Shown here: positions 1 through 9,514 of the stretch, in pieces | Numbering within the stretch: the first letter of the stretch is position 1 | Layout: the number at the start of each line of letters is the position of its first letter | Origin: an uncultured Gemmatimonadales bacterium | GTDB lineage: Bacteria; Gemmatimonadota; Gemmatimonadetes; Gemmatimonadales; GWC2-71-9 | Reading direction: 5' to 3' | NCBI GenBank assembly: GCA_963730185.1 | Contig: CAVSQW010000012.1 | Location: forward strand, 1 to 64,000 | Length of the DNA stretch: 64,000 nt | Notes under the pieces: model-generated | Databases searched by the model: none | What the model saw: only the letters and a program-made list of their open reading frames with translations | What the model was told of the DNA's origin: nothing | Position numbers and translations under genes: made by a program

Positions 1-459
1 GTGCTCCTTGATGTCGTCGAACGCCTTCTCGAAGTTGGCGTATTCCTTGTCCATCTGCGAGACGAACAGCAGCCGGGGGAGATGATGGTGGTCGCAGAGC
101 TCCCACACCTTCTCGGTGCCCACCTCCACGCCGGCCGAGCCGCTCACCACCACCACCGCGGCGTCGGCCACGCTCAACGCGGCCGCCGCCTCCCCGAAGA
201 AGTCGAGGAAACCCGGAGTGTCTAGCAGGTTGACCTTCGTATCCATCCACTCGGCGTAGCCAAGCCCGAGGCTGATGGAGAGCTGGCGTTCGATTTCGTC
301 GGGGGAGGTGTCGGTGAGGGTGGTGCCGTCCTTGATCGAGCCGTGTCGCCGGCTCGAGCCCGAAACGAAGGCGAGCGCATCGACGAGCGTGGTCTTGCCG
401 CTGGTGCCGTGGCCGACGAAGGCCACGTTACGGATCGCATCCGAGCCGTAGGTCTTCAC
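1..459 (-). CDS. fusA: Elongation factor G-like GTPase (EF-G II type), 5' part; runs off the window edge
   Basis: Manual translation (not in ORF track): MKTYGSDAIRNVAFVGHGTSGKTTLVDAL...DEIERQLSI...VNLLDTPGFLDF...FVSQMDKE. GTG start at 457-459 with SD AAGGAGGT at 465-472. Confidence 0.9.
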   Translation of the reverse strand, partial: MKTYGSDAIRNVAFVGHGTSGKTTLVDALAFVSGSSRRHGSIKDGTTLTDTSPDEIERQLSISLGLGYAEWMDTKVNLLDTPGFLDFFGEAAAALSVADAAVVVVSGSAGVEVGTEKVWELCDHHHLPRLLFVSQMDKEYANFEKAFDDIKEH

Positions 460-647
460 GCGCCACCTCCTTGCACGAACAGGGAACCCGATTTTGCCGA
501 CGGCGCGGAGGTTTGTCAAATGGACCGACGGACGCCTTGTCACCGGCGTCCCCGAGGTCTACGCTTCGGGCATCATGCCCGAACGCCAACCATGAAGAAA
601 CCCTGTAACCTGGGTCGGTCACGGGGTCGCGGGGACGTCCGAACGAC

Positions 648-2438
648 TCAAATGGGCGTCGGGGTTCGCTCCGGGTCCGTTCCGGTCGGCAACCCGGCCT
701 CGAAGGCCCCCTCCACTTCCCGGCGAGCCTCCAACAGGCCATCGATCCGAAGACCGACCGCGTTTGCGGCCTCGATCGCGGAGGTGAGGTCTTGCTCGCC
801 GGCCGCGCCGGCCCCCAGTTCCAGGAGCCGCAGTCGGAGCGTCTCCAACGCCAGGAGCCCGTTCCGGAGCCGGTCCGGGGTGGGGTCCGAACTCGCGGCG
901 CGGAGCCGCGCCAGCCGGTTGGCCAGCCGGCCGATCACCGCCGGGACCTCTGCGAACCGCGATCGAAGCGCGGGCGGCAGCGCGCGGTAGAGCTCCCGAG
1001 CGTTGGATTCCAGCGCGAGCTCCGTCCGGTCCTCGACCAGGGTCGGCGCCAACCGGCGGGAGCGGCCTAAGGCGGCCCAACCCAACACCTTCCATTCGAG
1101 GACCCACCACCAGAGCCGCGCCCACCGTCCCGGGCGCCGCGGCAGCCAGAGCGACCCGATCAGCTTCCGGAGCAGCACCACCGGAACCAGCGTCAGCGCC
1201 GCGAAGAGGAGCCCGTCGAGCAGCATACCACGCGAGGCGGCGTCCCACCACCGAACCGCGAAGACCCAGGCGGCGCCGCCACCCAGGACCGTAACCACCC
1301 GCGTCCAGATGGGCCCTCGGGGCGGCGGTTCGGCCGGCAGGCTCTGCTCCAGCGCCCGCCTGACATCCAGCGCGCCCAACCCCTCGCTCAGCAGCCGCCC
1401 CGCCTGGCGGAGGAGCTGGCTCGATCGGAGCACGAACAGCCCGGCCATGATGAACACGGCGTAGGTGAATACGGTGGCCACCACGCTCCCGCTCAGGTCG
1501 GTGAGCAGGGCGGCCCAACCACCGAGGACGGCGACGATGGCGACGTAGCTCGACACCTCGAGACCCAGGGTGCCGAGGAGATCGAGAAAGCGCCGCACCG
1601 GCTCGGGAACCGGCGCCGGGCGGCCGAGGGCGAGATCGAGGGCGACGGCGAGGTCCTCGCCGCTCGCGATCCGGTCCCCCGGATCCGGGGCCAAGCACCG
1701 CTCCACGATCGGCGCGAGGGAACGCGGGAGGTCCCGGGCGGCCAGCGCCGGCGTGTCGGGCGGGGCGTAGGCCGGCAACCCGCGAGCCGCCTCGGCCAGG
1801 TGCCGGCCGGTGAGCGCGTAGTACGCCGTAACGCCGAGCGAGTAGAGGTCGCTCCGCCCGTCGAGCGAGCGACCCGCCACCTGCTCGGGGCTCATGTATC
1901 GGGGCGTGCCCATCGCTCCTCTGCCTGAGGACTGGTCGGCCGCCACCTCGGCGATGCCGAAGTCGAGCACCAGGGCCCGCCCGCTCCCCTTCTCCAGCAC
2001 GACGTTGTCAGGCTTCACGTCCCGGTGCACGATCCCCAACCGATGCGCGTAGCCAAGCGCCCAGGCCACCTCTCGCATCACCCGGGCGGCCTCCGACTCG
2101 CCGAGGGGTCCGGTCCGTCGGACCCGCTGGCCCAGCGTCTCACCTTCGACCAGGGCCATCACGAAGAGCACGATCGCGCCGTGGTCCTCCACCGCGTGGA
2201 CCGGGACGATGTGGGGATGGGAGAGCCGCGCCGCCAATCGGGCCTCCGCGAGGAACCGGGCCCGGAGCTCGGGGACCTCCGCCAGCTCGGGCGCCAGCAC
2301 CTTGACCGCCACCGGGCGGTCGAGCCCCAGGTCGCGGGCCAGGTAGACCACGCCCATCCCGCCGCGGCCCAGCTCGCGCTCGACCGCAAACCGGCCGGCC
2401 AGGGCGGCCTGAACGCGGAGCAGCAGAGGGTCGGTCAT
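648..2438 (-). CDS. Hanks-type Ser/Thr protein kinase with TM segments and a C-terminal helical domain
   Basis: GRGGMGVVY, VAVK, HRDVKPDN, DFG and GTPRYMSPE motifs. Start taken at MTDPLL (2438), 7 nt after a TAGACT -10 box. Confidence 0.9.
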   Translation of the reverse strand: MTDPLLLRVQAALAGRFAVERELGRGGMGVVYLARDLGLDRPVAVKVLAPELAEVPELRARFLAEARLAARLSHPHIVPVHAVEDHGAIVLFVMALVEGETLGQRVRRTGPLGESEAARVMREVAWALGYAHRLGIVHRDVKPDNVVLEKGSGRALVLDFGIAEVAADQSSGRGAMGTPRYMSPEQVAGRSLDGRSDLYSLGVTAYYALTGRHLAEAARGLPAYAPPDTPALAARDLPRSLAPIVERCLAPDPGDRIASGEDLAVALDLALGRPAPVPEPVRRFLDLLGTLGLEVSSYVAIVAVLGGWAALLTDLSGSVVATVFTYAVFIMAGLFVLRSSQLLRQAGRLLSEGLGALDVRRALEQSLPAEPPPRGPIWTRVVTVLGGGAAWVFAVRWWDAASRGMLLDGLLFAALTLVPVVLLRKLIGSLWLPRRPGRWARLWWWVLEWKVLGWAALGRSRRLAPTLVEDRTELALESNARELYRALPPALRSRFAEVPAVIGRLANRLARLRAASSDPTPDRLRNGLLALETLRLRLLELGAGAAGEQDLTSAIEAANAVGLRIDGLLEARREVEGAFEAGLPTGTDPERTPTPI

Positions 2439-2579
2439 GGTAGAGAGTCTACGACCGAACGCGGGGCTCCGTTTCATCCTCGCCGACGAGAGCGCCTGTC
2501 GAACCCGCCGACCGGGAGATATAGTTGTCGCACGAGGCCGCGCCCGGCCCGATCCACCCCACAACCCAACCGGTCCTCC

Positions 2580-3812
2580 GTGAGCGAAGCGAACGCGGCG
2601 CCCCATCGAACGACCGTCAGCTTGGCCATCCTGGTCGCGGCTCTCGGGTACTTCGTCGACGTCTACGACCTCCTCCTCTTCAGCATCCTCCGGGTTCCCA
2701 GCCTATCGGGGCTCGGCGTTCCCGAACCGGACATCCTCGCCGTTGGCGTCCGGCTGATCAACATGCAGATGACCGGCCTGCTCCTGGGCGGGATCTTCTG
2801 GGGGATCCTGGGCGACAAGTTCGGCCGGCGCTCGGTGCTGTTCGGCTCGATCCTGGTCTACTCCCTCGCCAACATCGCCAACGGGATGGTGCAGACGGTC
2901 GACCAGTACGCCTGGCTTCGCCTGGCGGCGGGGCTGGGGCTCGCGGGCGAGCTCGGGGCCGGCATCACCCTGGTAGCCGAGGCGATGTCGAAGGAGGGCC
3001 GCGGGTGGGGTACCACGCTGGTCGCGAGTCTCGGCCTCCTCGGCGCGGTCGTGGCTGGGATCGTGGGCGACCTATTCCCGTGGCGGATCGCGTTCTTCGT
3101 CGGCGGCGGGCTGGGCCTCGTGCTCCTGGCGCTCCGCTTCGGCGTCCGCGAGTCGAGCATGTTCACGAGCGCCCGGAAGTCGGCCGCGTCTCGGGGCAAC
3201 CTGCTGACCATCTTCCGCTCGCCCCGGCGCACCATCCGCTACGCCGCCGTCGTGCTGGTCGGCCTCCCGACCTGGTACGTCATGAGCATCCTGGTGACCT
3301 TCTCGCCCGAGCTGGGACAGGCCCTCGGGCTCTCGATCGCGCCGAGCGCCGCCAAGGCGGTCATGTACGCCTACGTCGGCGCCACCATCGGCGACCTGGT
3401 CAGCGGCAGCCTGAGCCAGCTGCTCCGGAGCCGGAAGAAGACCATCTTCATTTTCCTGCTGACGGCCTCCGCCGCCGTCACCACGTACTTCCTCATCGGC
3501 GGACGCTCGCCCCAGGCCCTCTACTGGGCCTGCTTCCTCCTCGGCAGCTGCTCGGGATACTGGGCCGTCTTCGTCACCGTGGCGGCGGAGCAGTTCGGCA
3601 CCAACCTCCGGGCCACCGTCGCGTCGACGGCGCCCAACTTTGTCCGGGGGGCCGTCGTGCCGATCACGCTCCTCTTCCAGAGCTGGAAAACCACGATGGG
3701 CGTGGAGCGGAGCGCCATCGCGGTCGGCGTGATCACCATCGTCATCGCCTTCATCTCGCTAGCCGGCATCGACGAAACCTACGGCAAGAACCTCGACTAC
3801 GTGGACACCTGA
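2580..3812 (+). CDS. MFS transporter
   Basis: Multiple TM helices; motif A-like GILGDKFGRR. GTG start at 2580; the upstream ORF extension is the antisense shadow of the kinase. Confidence 0.9.
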   Translation: MSEANAAPHRTTVSLAILVAALGYFVDVYDLLLFSILRVPSLSGLGVPEPDILAVGVRLINMQMTGLLLGGIFWGILGDKFGRRSVLFGSILVYSLANIANGMVQTVDQYAWLRLAAGLGLAGELGAGITLVAEAMSKEGRGWGTTLVASLGLLGAVVAGIVGDLFPWRIAFFVGGGLGLVLLALRFGVRESSMFTSARKSAASRGNLLTIFRSPRRTIRYAAVVLVGLPTWYVMSILVTFSPELGQALGLSIAPSAAKAVMYAYVGATIGDLVSGSLSQLLRSRKKTIFIFLLTASAAVTTYFLIGGRSPQALYWACFLLGSCSGYWAVFVTVAAEQFGTNLRATVASTAPNFVRGAVVPITLLFQSWKTTMGVERSAIAVGVITIVIAFISLAGIDETYGKNLDYVDT

Positions 3813-3815
3813 CCG

Positions 3816-5396
3816 ATGATCCATCGGAGTCCCTTCCCCGACGTCGTCCTCCCTGAGACCAGCCTCCCCGGGTTCGTCCTCGACGCGGCGGCCCGCCACG
3901 GCGACCGTCCGGCCTTCACCGACGCGACCACGGGGCGAACCTTGAGCTTTACCGACGTGGTGGAGCTGTCGTGGCGGGTGGCCGACGGACTGGCCCGGCG
4001 GGGCTTCGAGCGGGGCCAGGTCGTCTCGATCGTGGCGCCCAACGTGCCGGAGTACGCCGCGGTCTATCTGGGCACCGCCCTCCAGGGCGGCGCGGTCAAC
4101 ACCCTGAACCCGATGCTGACCGAGGGCGAGCTCGTCACCTTGCTCGGCTACGCGAAGTCGCGGTTCGTGGTGACGGTCGGGGCGCTGCTGGACAAAGTGC
4201 TCCCGGCGGCCGCCGCGGCCGGGATCGAGGAAGTGTTCGTGCTCGATCACGGCCCCGGTGCCACCCCATTCGCGCAACTGCTCGGTCGGGCGGTCCAGCC
4301 TAGGGTCGCGATCGACCCCACCGCCGACCTGGCCTCCCTCCCCTGCTCCAGCGGCACCAGCGGGAGCCCCAAGAGCGTGATGCTCACCCACCGGAACCTG
4401 ATCGCCCAGCTGACCTGCTTCGAGGCGGCGGTCGGGATCGAGGGTCCGCAAACCGTCCTGGCGGTGCTGCCCTATTTCCACATCTACGGGCTCTCCCTCA
4501 TCATGCTGCTCAACCTCTGGCGGGGCCGCCGCCAGATCGTGATGTCGCGGTTCGAGCTGGAGGCCTTCCTGGACGCCCTGGCCACCTACCGGGTTACCTG
4601 GGCGCCGGTGGTCCCGCCGATCGTCCTGGCCCTGGCCAAGCATCCGGTGGTCGAGCGGTACGACCTCTCCGCCCTCGAGTTCCTCACCTCGGGCGCCGCC
4701 CCCCTCGGCGCCGAGGTCGAGGCGGCCGCCGCCACCCGACTTCGCTGCCTGGTGTTCCAGGGATACGGGATGACCGAGGTCGCGGGCGCGAGTCACGTCC
4801 AGCCGCCCCGCCGCGAGCTGATCCGGACCGGATCGGTCGGCCACACCATCCCCAACCACGAGGTCCGGATCGTCGATCCGGAGACCGGGACCGATCGGGG
4901 GGTCGGCGAGCGGGGCGAGCTCTGGATCCGGGGACCCTGCGTCATGCACGGCTACCTGGACCGGCCGGAGGCCACCGCCCTGGCCCTGGTCGAGGACGGG
5001 TGGCTCCGGACCGGCGACGTCGGCTACGTCGACGACGAGCACTACTTCTACGTGGTGGACCGGATCAAGGAGCTGATCAAGTACAAGGCCTGGCAGGTGG
5101 CCCCCGCCGACCTCGAGGCCCTGCTCCTGACCCATCCCGACATCGCCGACGCGGCGGTGATTCCGAGCCCGGACGAGGAAGCCGGCGAGGTCCCGAAGGC
5201 CTTCGTGGTGACCCGCGACCCGCTCACGGCCGAGGCCGTGATGGACTACGTTGGATCGAGAGTGGCACCCTACGAACGGGTGCGGCGGGTCGAGTTCGTC
5301 GCGGCGATCCCGAAGTCGGCCTCGGGCAAGATCCTCCGCCGGGTGCTGGTGGAGCGGGAGCGCGCGGCCCGAAAGGACGCTGAATCGACGGCGTGA
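3816..5396 (+). CDS. 4-coumarate--CoA ligase-like AMP-binding enzyme (acyl-CoA synthetase)
   Basis: SSGTSGSPK, YFHIYG, QGYGMTE, GWLRTGD, DRIKELIKYK and PKSASGKILRR motifs. Confidence 0.9.
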   Translation: MIHRSPFPDVVLPETSLPGFVLDAAARHGDRPAFTDATTGRTLSFTDVVELSWRVADGLARRGFERGQVVSIVAPNVPEYAAVYLGTALQGGAVNTLNPMLTEGELVTLLGYAKSRFVVTVGALLDKVLPAAAAAGIEEVFVLDHGPGATPFAQLLGRAVQPRVAIDPTADLASLPCSSGTSGSPKSVMLTHRNLIAQLTCFEAAVGIEGPQTVLAVLPYFHIYGLSLIMLLNLWRGRRQIVMSRFELEAFLDALATYRVTWAPVVPPIVLALAKHPVVERYDLSALEFLTSGAAPLGAEVEAAAATRLRCLVFQGYGMTEVAGASHVQPPRRELIRTGSVGHTIPNHEVRIVDPETGTDRGVGERGELWIRGPCVMHGYLDRPEATALALVEDGWLRTGDVGYVDDEHYFYVVDRIKELIKYKAWQVAPADLEALLLTHPDIADAAVIPSPDEEAGEVPKAFVVTRDPLTAEAVMDYVGSRVAPYERVRRVEFVAAIPKSASGKILRRVLVERERAARKDAESTA

Positions 5397-6313
5397 CCAA
5401 GAACGTCGCCACCGACGCCTATCGGCGCGGCATCCGAGCGGCCCAGCTGGGAATGGCGGTGAACGCCGGCCTCGCGGCGATCAAGCTGGTGGCCGGGGTC
5501 GTCGGACATACCTACGCGCTGGTCGCCGACGCGGTGGAGTCCACCGTCGACATCGCCGGCTCGGTGGCGGTGTGGGGCGGTCTGGCGGTCGCCGCCCGGC
5601 CGGCCGACGAGGACCACCCTTACGGACACGGGAAAGCCGAATCGCTCGCCGCCCTCGCCGTCGCGCTGCTCGTGCTCGCCGCCGGCGTGGGCATCGCGAT
5701 CGAGGCCGTCCGCGAGATCGCCACGCCCAATCGCCCTCCGGCGCCCTGGACCCTGGGCGTCCTGGTCGGCGTGGTGATCGTCAAATGGACTCTCTCCCGG
5801 CGGGTGCAGGCGGTCGGGGTCGAGACCGAGAGCCACGCCGTCGAAGCCGACGCCTGGCATCACTTGAGCGACGCGGTCACCTCGGCCGCCGCGTTCATCG
5901 GGATCGCCATCGCCCTGGTGGGGAGCCGCCTCTCGCCCGACCCCCGGTGGGCCACGGCCGACGACTGGGCCGCTCTGGCCGCCTCGGGCGTCATCGTCTT
6001 CAACGGCGTGGGCCTCCTCCGCCGGGCAATGCAGGACCTGATGGACCGCGCCCCCGACGGCCGACTCCTCGATGCCGTGCGCGCCACCGCACTCGCGGTG
6101 CCCCGGGTGCTCGACGTCGAGAAGCTCACCGCCCGTAAGGTCGGCCTGGTCTACTACGTCGACATCCACGTCCAGGCCGATCCCCGGATGCCCCTCGAGG
6201 AAGCTCACGCGGTGGGGGGGCAGGTCAAAGCCGAAATTCGTCGCGTCGTGCCCCAGGTGGCCGGCGTGCTGGTCCACATGGAGCCGTTCCAGGACCACGA
6301 CCCCGGCGGCTGA
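5393..6313 (+). CDS. Cation diffusion facilitator family transporter (FieF-like)
   Basis: ALVADAVES, PADEDHPYGHGKAE, ADAWHHLSD and C-terminal LVHMEP. GTGA overlap with the upstream gene. Confidence 0.9.
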   Translation: MTKNVATDAYRRGIRAAQLGMAVNAGLAAIKLVAGVVGHTYALVADAVESTVDIAGSVAVWGGLAVAARPADEDHPYGHGKAESLAALAVALLVLAAGVGIAIEAVREIATPNRPPAPWTLGVLVGVVIVKWTLSRRVQAVGVETESHAVEADAWHHLSDAVTSAAAFIGIAIALVGSRLSPDPRWATADDWAALAASGVIVFNGVGLLRRAMQDLMDRAPDGRLLDAVRATALAVPRVLDVEKLTARKVGLVYYVDIHVQADPRMPLEEAHAVGGQVKAEIRRVVPQVAGVLVHMEPFQDHDPGG

Positions 6314-6340
6314 CCGACCCGCCGGCCCGTCCGGCGCCTC

Positions 6341-7147
6341 TCACCGCCCCCGCTTCGGAACCAGAGCCACCGCTCTGAGCGGCCCGCCCGAGCCACCCTC
6401 GATCTTCATCGGCAACGCCAAGAGCACCGCCCCCACCGGCGGTAGCCGGTCGAGCCCGGTCAGGTTCTCGAGGCCGACCGCGTTCCGGGCCGACACCACT
6501 TGGTGAACCCGGAAGTCGGCGCTCTTCCCATAGTCGATCGACGGCGTGTCGACGCCGAGCCCCACCACGCCACGCTCCTCGACCAGAAGCCGGGCCGCCT
6601 CCTCGCCATAGCTCGGGAAGCTCAAATGGGTCACGTCACCCGGGGTATCGTCGCCGAAATAGGCCTTCCGATCGTCGTAGTAGCGGTCCCAGCCCGTCCG
6701 GAGCAGCACGATCGAGCCCGCCGGGATCCGGCCGTGCCGGCGCTCGAAGGCGAGCACCTCGTCGCGACTGAGCCGGGCGTCGCGATCCTGGGCGGCTCGG
6801 GCGGAGAGGTCGATGACCACCGCCTTGGTGATCAGCTGCTCCAGCGGCACCTTGTCGGCGGTCACCCCACCTCGATGGAAGTGGATCGGCGCGTCGAGGT
6901 GCGTCCCGCCGTGCTCCGGCGCGGAGAACCCAAACGACGAGTAGAACCACCCGCCCGGGCTGGGGCCATACGAGAGCGTGTCGAGCTTGAACCCGTAGGG
7001 CGAGTTCGGCCAATAGGGCGTCGCCGCGTTGTAGCCGTGGGTGAGGTCGACCAACCTATAGCGGCTGAGATCGAGCGCCTGCCCGACCACCACCCCGTTC
7101 GACGCTCCCAGCATGAAGCCCGTCAGCATCAGATTCCGTCGAATCAT
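6341..7147 (-). CDS. Cyclase family (kynurenine formamidase-like) metal hydrolase, probably exported
   Basis: EHGGTHLDAPIHF, LLRTGW, GVDTPSID and GLENL motifs; N-terminal signal-like segment; SD AAGGAGG. Confidence 0.88.
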   Translation of the reverse strand: MIRRNLMLTGFMLGASNGVVVGQALDLSRYRLVDLTHGYNAATPYWPNSPYGFKLDTLSYGPSPGGWFYSSFGFSAPEHGGTHLDAPIHFHRGGVTADKVPLEQLITKAVVIDLSARAAQDRDARLSRDEVLAFERRHGRIPAGSIVLLRTGWDRYYDDRKAYFGDDTPGDVTHLSFPSYGEEAARLLVEERGVVGLGVDTPSIDYGKSADFRVHQVVSARNAVGLENLTGLDRLPPVGAVLLALPMKIEGGSGGPLRAVALVPKRGR

Positions 7148-7211
7148 GCCCCCTCCTTGATAGGTCGCTCCGCCTGGCGACGCCCCCCCCACCGATCTAC
7201 CTTGCCTGCGA

Positions 7212-7271
7212 CCCTACTCACTACTCACCACTCACTCCCTGCTCCCAACTCCCTACTCACCACTCCCTACG
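7212..7271 (+). repeat. 60-bp degenerate heptamer element, copy A
   Basis: CCCTACT CACTACT CACCACT CACT CCCTGCT CCCAACT CCCTACT CACCACT CCCTACG. Confidence 0.85.
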
Positions 7272-7274
7272 CTC

Positions 7275-7616
7275 ATGTCCCTGCAATGGGCCTACCTCCG
7301 CCCCGGCTGAACCACCTGCAAACGGACGCAAGAGTTTCTTGCGAAGCGGCAGGTGACGATCGACCAGACCGTCGACGCCAGAAAAGCGACGATCAAGGGC
7401 GCCAAGGCGCTCGATCTCCTGAAGGGGGTCGACCACCTCTACGCAACCCGGGGCCGCAAGGTGATCCACCTCGACCTGACCACCCGGCCGCCGCGCGCCG
7501 AGATCGGGGCCCTGCTGATCGGCCCGACCGGGAACCTCCGCGCGCCCACGGTGCGGACGGGACGGACCCTGCTGGTCGGATTCGACGAGGAGACGTACCG
7601 GCGGTTCGCGCGATAG
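7275..7616 (+). CDS. ArsC/Spx-family selenoprotein (UxxC; Sec at TGA 7308-7310)
   Basis: ATG 7275 is in frame with ORF 7353: MSLQWAYLRPG-U-TTCKRTQEFL...LIGPTGNLRAPTVRTGRTLLVGFDEETY. TGA occupies the first position of a CxxC-type motif. Confidence 0.88.
7313..7355 (+). promoter_or_regulatory. Bacterial SECIS-like hairpin
   Basis: CACCTGC(7313-19) pairs with GCAGGTG(7349-55); CGCAAGA(7327-33) pairs with TCTTGCG(7337-43). The apical loop GUU starts 24 nt after UGA. Confidence 0.75.
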
Positions 7617-7625
7617 CCCGCTGGC

Positions 7626-8582
7626 TCAGGCGGGAACCCGACCCTCGAGGATCTGGATCAGCCGCGAGGCGTCGATGTTGCCCCCGGAGACCACGGCCAC
7701 CATCGGGCCACCGCCCGCCCGTCCCGATCGGGCCGCCGCCACCGAGAGCGCCCCCGCGCCCTCGGCGATGACGCGCACCCGCTCGGCCAGCAGGCGCACG
7801 GCCGCGGCCACCTCCTCCAGCGTCACCACCACGGACCCCGCCAGAAGTCGGCTCGCCAACGGCCACATCTCCGCCAGGATCGACTTGCCCCCAGCCCCGT
7901 CGATGAAGGTGGGCCGATAGTCCACCGTGAGCGGCCGGCCCGCCGCGAGCGAGGCGGCGAGCGGGGCCGCCGTCTCGACCTCCGCCGCGAGCACCCGCGC
8001 CGCCGGCCGCCTGGCGCGGAGGGCCGCCGCGATCCCCGACGACAGGCCACCCCCGCCGTACGGCACCAGCACCGTGGCCACGTCGGGCAGGTCCTCCAGA
8101 ATCTCGAGCCCGATCGTCCCGTTCCCGGCGATCACCGCCGGGTCCGACACCGGGTGCACGAACCACCCGTCCTGCCCCTCGAAGCGGCGCTCCTCGAGCA
8201 CCCGCCACCAGCGGTCGAACGGGACCCGGACGATCGTCGCCCCCAGCCGCTCCACCGCCTCCACCTTGGTGGCTGGGGCGTGATCGGGGACCACGACCGT
8301 ACAGGGAATGCCCAGCTCCCGCGCGCACCAGGCCACCCCCTGCGCCATGTTGCCCGCGCTCGCCGTGTACACGCCCCGGGCCAACGCCTCCGCCGGTGCC
8401 AGAGCCAGCGCGTTCCTGGCGCCCCGGATCTTGAACGAGTTGATGGGTTGGAGCGTCTCCAGCTTGAGCCAGATCTCCCCCGGTCCCTCGGGTAGCCGCA
8501 CCAGGGGCGTCCGGACGGCGGCGCCTCGGATCCGCTCCCGGGCAGCCTCGATCTCGGCCAGCGTGGGTGGGACGAGGGTCAC
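7626..8582 (-). CDS. PLP-dependent threonine/serine dehydratase family protein
   Basis: KLETLQPINSFKIRGA, ASAGNMAQG, PYGGGGL and SGGN motifs. GTG start at 8582 (alternative 8588). Confidence 0.88.
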   Translation of the reverse strand: MTLVPPTLAEIEAARERIRGAAVRTPLVRLPEGPGEIWLKLETLQPINSFKIRGARNALALAPAEALARGVYTASAGNMAQGVAWCARELGIPCTVVVPDHAPATKVEAVERLGATIVRVPFDRWWRVLEERRFEGQDGWFVHPVSDPAVIAGNGTIGLEILEDLPDVATVLVPYGGGGLSSGIAAALRARRPAARVLAAEVETAAPLAASLAAGRPLTVDYRPTFIDGAGGKSILAEMWPLASRLLAGSVVVTLEEVAAAVRLLAERVRVIAEGAGALSVAAARSGRAGGGPMVAVVSGGNIDASRLIQILEGRVPA

Positions 8583-8710
8583 GAGCACTTCCGATCGAGG
8601 AGAGGCATCGGGGGGGTCGGACGCTTCCACACTCCCCGAGGATGTAGTATTAGTATCGTCGTCAAGCTGTGTCATTCCAAGCAGGTCCGCCCCAAACAGG
8701 ACCACTGCCG

Positions 8711-9514
8711 ATGACCCAAGCGACCGTCCCCCTGACTCGTCGCGCGTTCCGACAGACGCTCCGGCGGGACAAGTGGTGGATCCAGCCGCTGATCGTGTTC
8801 GCGATCCTCTCGCTCTTCCTGATCTACGCGACCTGGGCCGCGTTCCAGAACGCCCACTACACTTTCGGGCCGTACCTCTCACCGTTCTACTCGCCGGAGG
8901 TCTTCGGCCAGTCGCCCCATGCCTGGTTCGGACCGAAGCCCGGATGGTGGCCGGGCTGGCTGCCCTTCTCACCGGCCCTGATCATCCTCCCCTTCCCGGC
9001 CCTCTTCCGATTCACCTGCTACTACTACCGCGGCGCCTACTACAAGGCCTTCTGGATGGACCCGGTGGCGTGCACCGTCGGCGAGCCCCGCAACACCTAT
9101 CTCGGTGAGCGCTACTTCCCGCTCGTGCTCCAGAACATCCACCGCTACTTCCTGATGATCTCGGTGGTGTTCCTCTTCTTCCTCGGTGCCGACGCTTGGC
9201 GCGCCTTCTGGTGGACCGACCCGACCACCGGCGCGACCTCGTTCGGGATGGGAGTCGGGACCCTGGTCCTCACCGCGAACGTGGTCTGTCTCGCGGGCTA
9301 CACCTTCGGGTGTCACTCGATGCGGCATATCCTGGGCGGCTTCCGGAACCAGTTCTCCAGGAAGCCCGGGTTCCGATTGCCCTACCAGTGCTCGTCGTGC
9401 CTCAATCGCGCCCACCATCGATGGGCCTGGATCAGCCTCCTCGTGGTCGCGTTCAGCGACCTCTACGTCCGGCTCTGCTCCATGGGCATCTGGCACGACG
9501 TGAGGATCTTCTGA
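8711..9514 (+). CDS. Succinate dehydrogenase membrane anchor, mycobacterial Sdh1 (Rv0249c)-like
   Basis: TM protein with YLSPFYSP, FRFTCYYYRGAYY, QNIHRY and YTFGCHSMRH; its stop overlaps the sdhA start (TGATG). Confidence 0.8.
   Translation: MTQATVPLTRRAFRQTLRRDKWWIQPLIVFAILSLFLIYATWAAFQNAHYTFGPYLSPFYSPEVFGQSPHAWFGPKPGWWPGWLPFSPALIILPFPALFRFTCYYYRGAYYKAFWMDPVACTVGEPRNTYLGERYFPLVLQNIHRYFLMISVVFLFFLGADAWRAFWWTDPTTGATSFGMGVGTLVLTANVVCLAGYTFGCHSMRHILGGFRNQFSRKPGFRLPYQCSSCLNRAHHRWAWISLLVVAFSDLYVRLCSMGIWHDVRIF

Noticed and set aside
565..583. Palindrome TTCGGGCAT-C-ATGCCCGAA between the kinase and EF-G genes
   Set aside because: Single occurrence with no U-tract or recognisable consensus; cannot assign a role.
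2025..2579. Long N-terminal extension of the MFS ORF, and similar extensions on the sdhA, pfpI, hydrolase and chaperone ORFs
   Set aside because: Open frames running through neighbouring genes in high-GC DNA; the real starts are downstream.
7212..7271. Heptamer arrays as a possible CRISPR array
   Set aside because: No 23-47 bp repeats with unique spacers and no cas genes.
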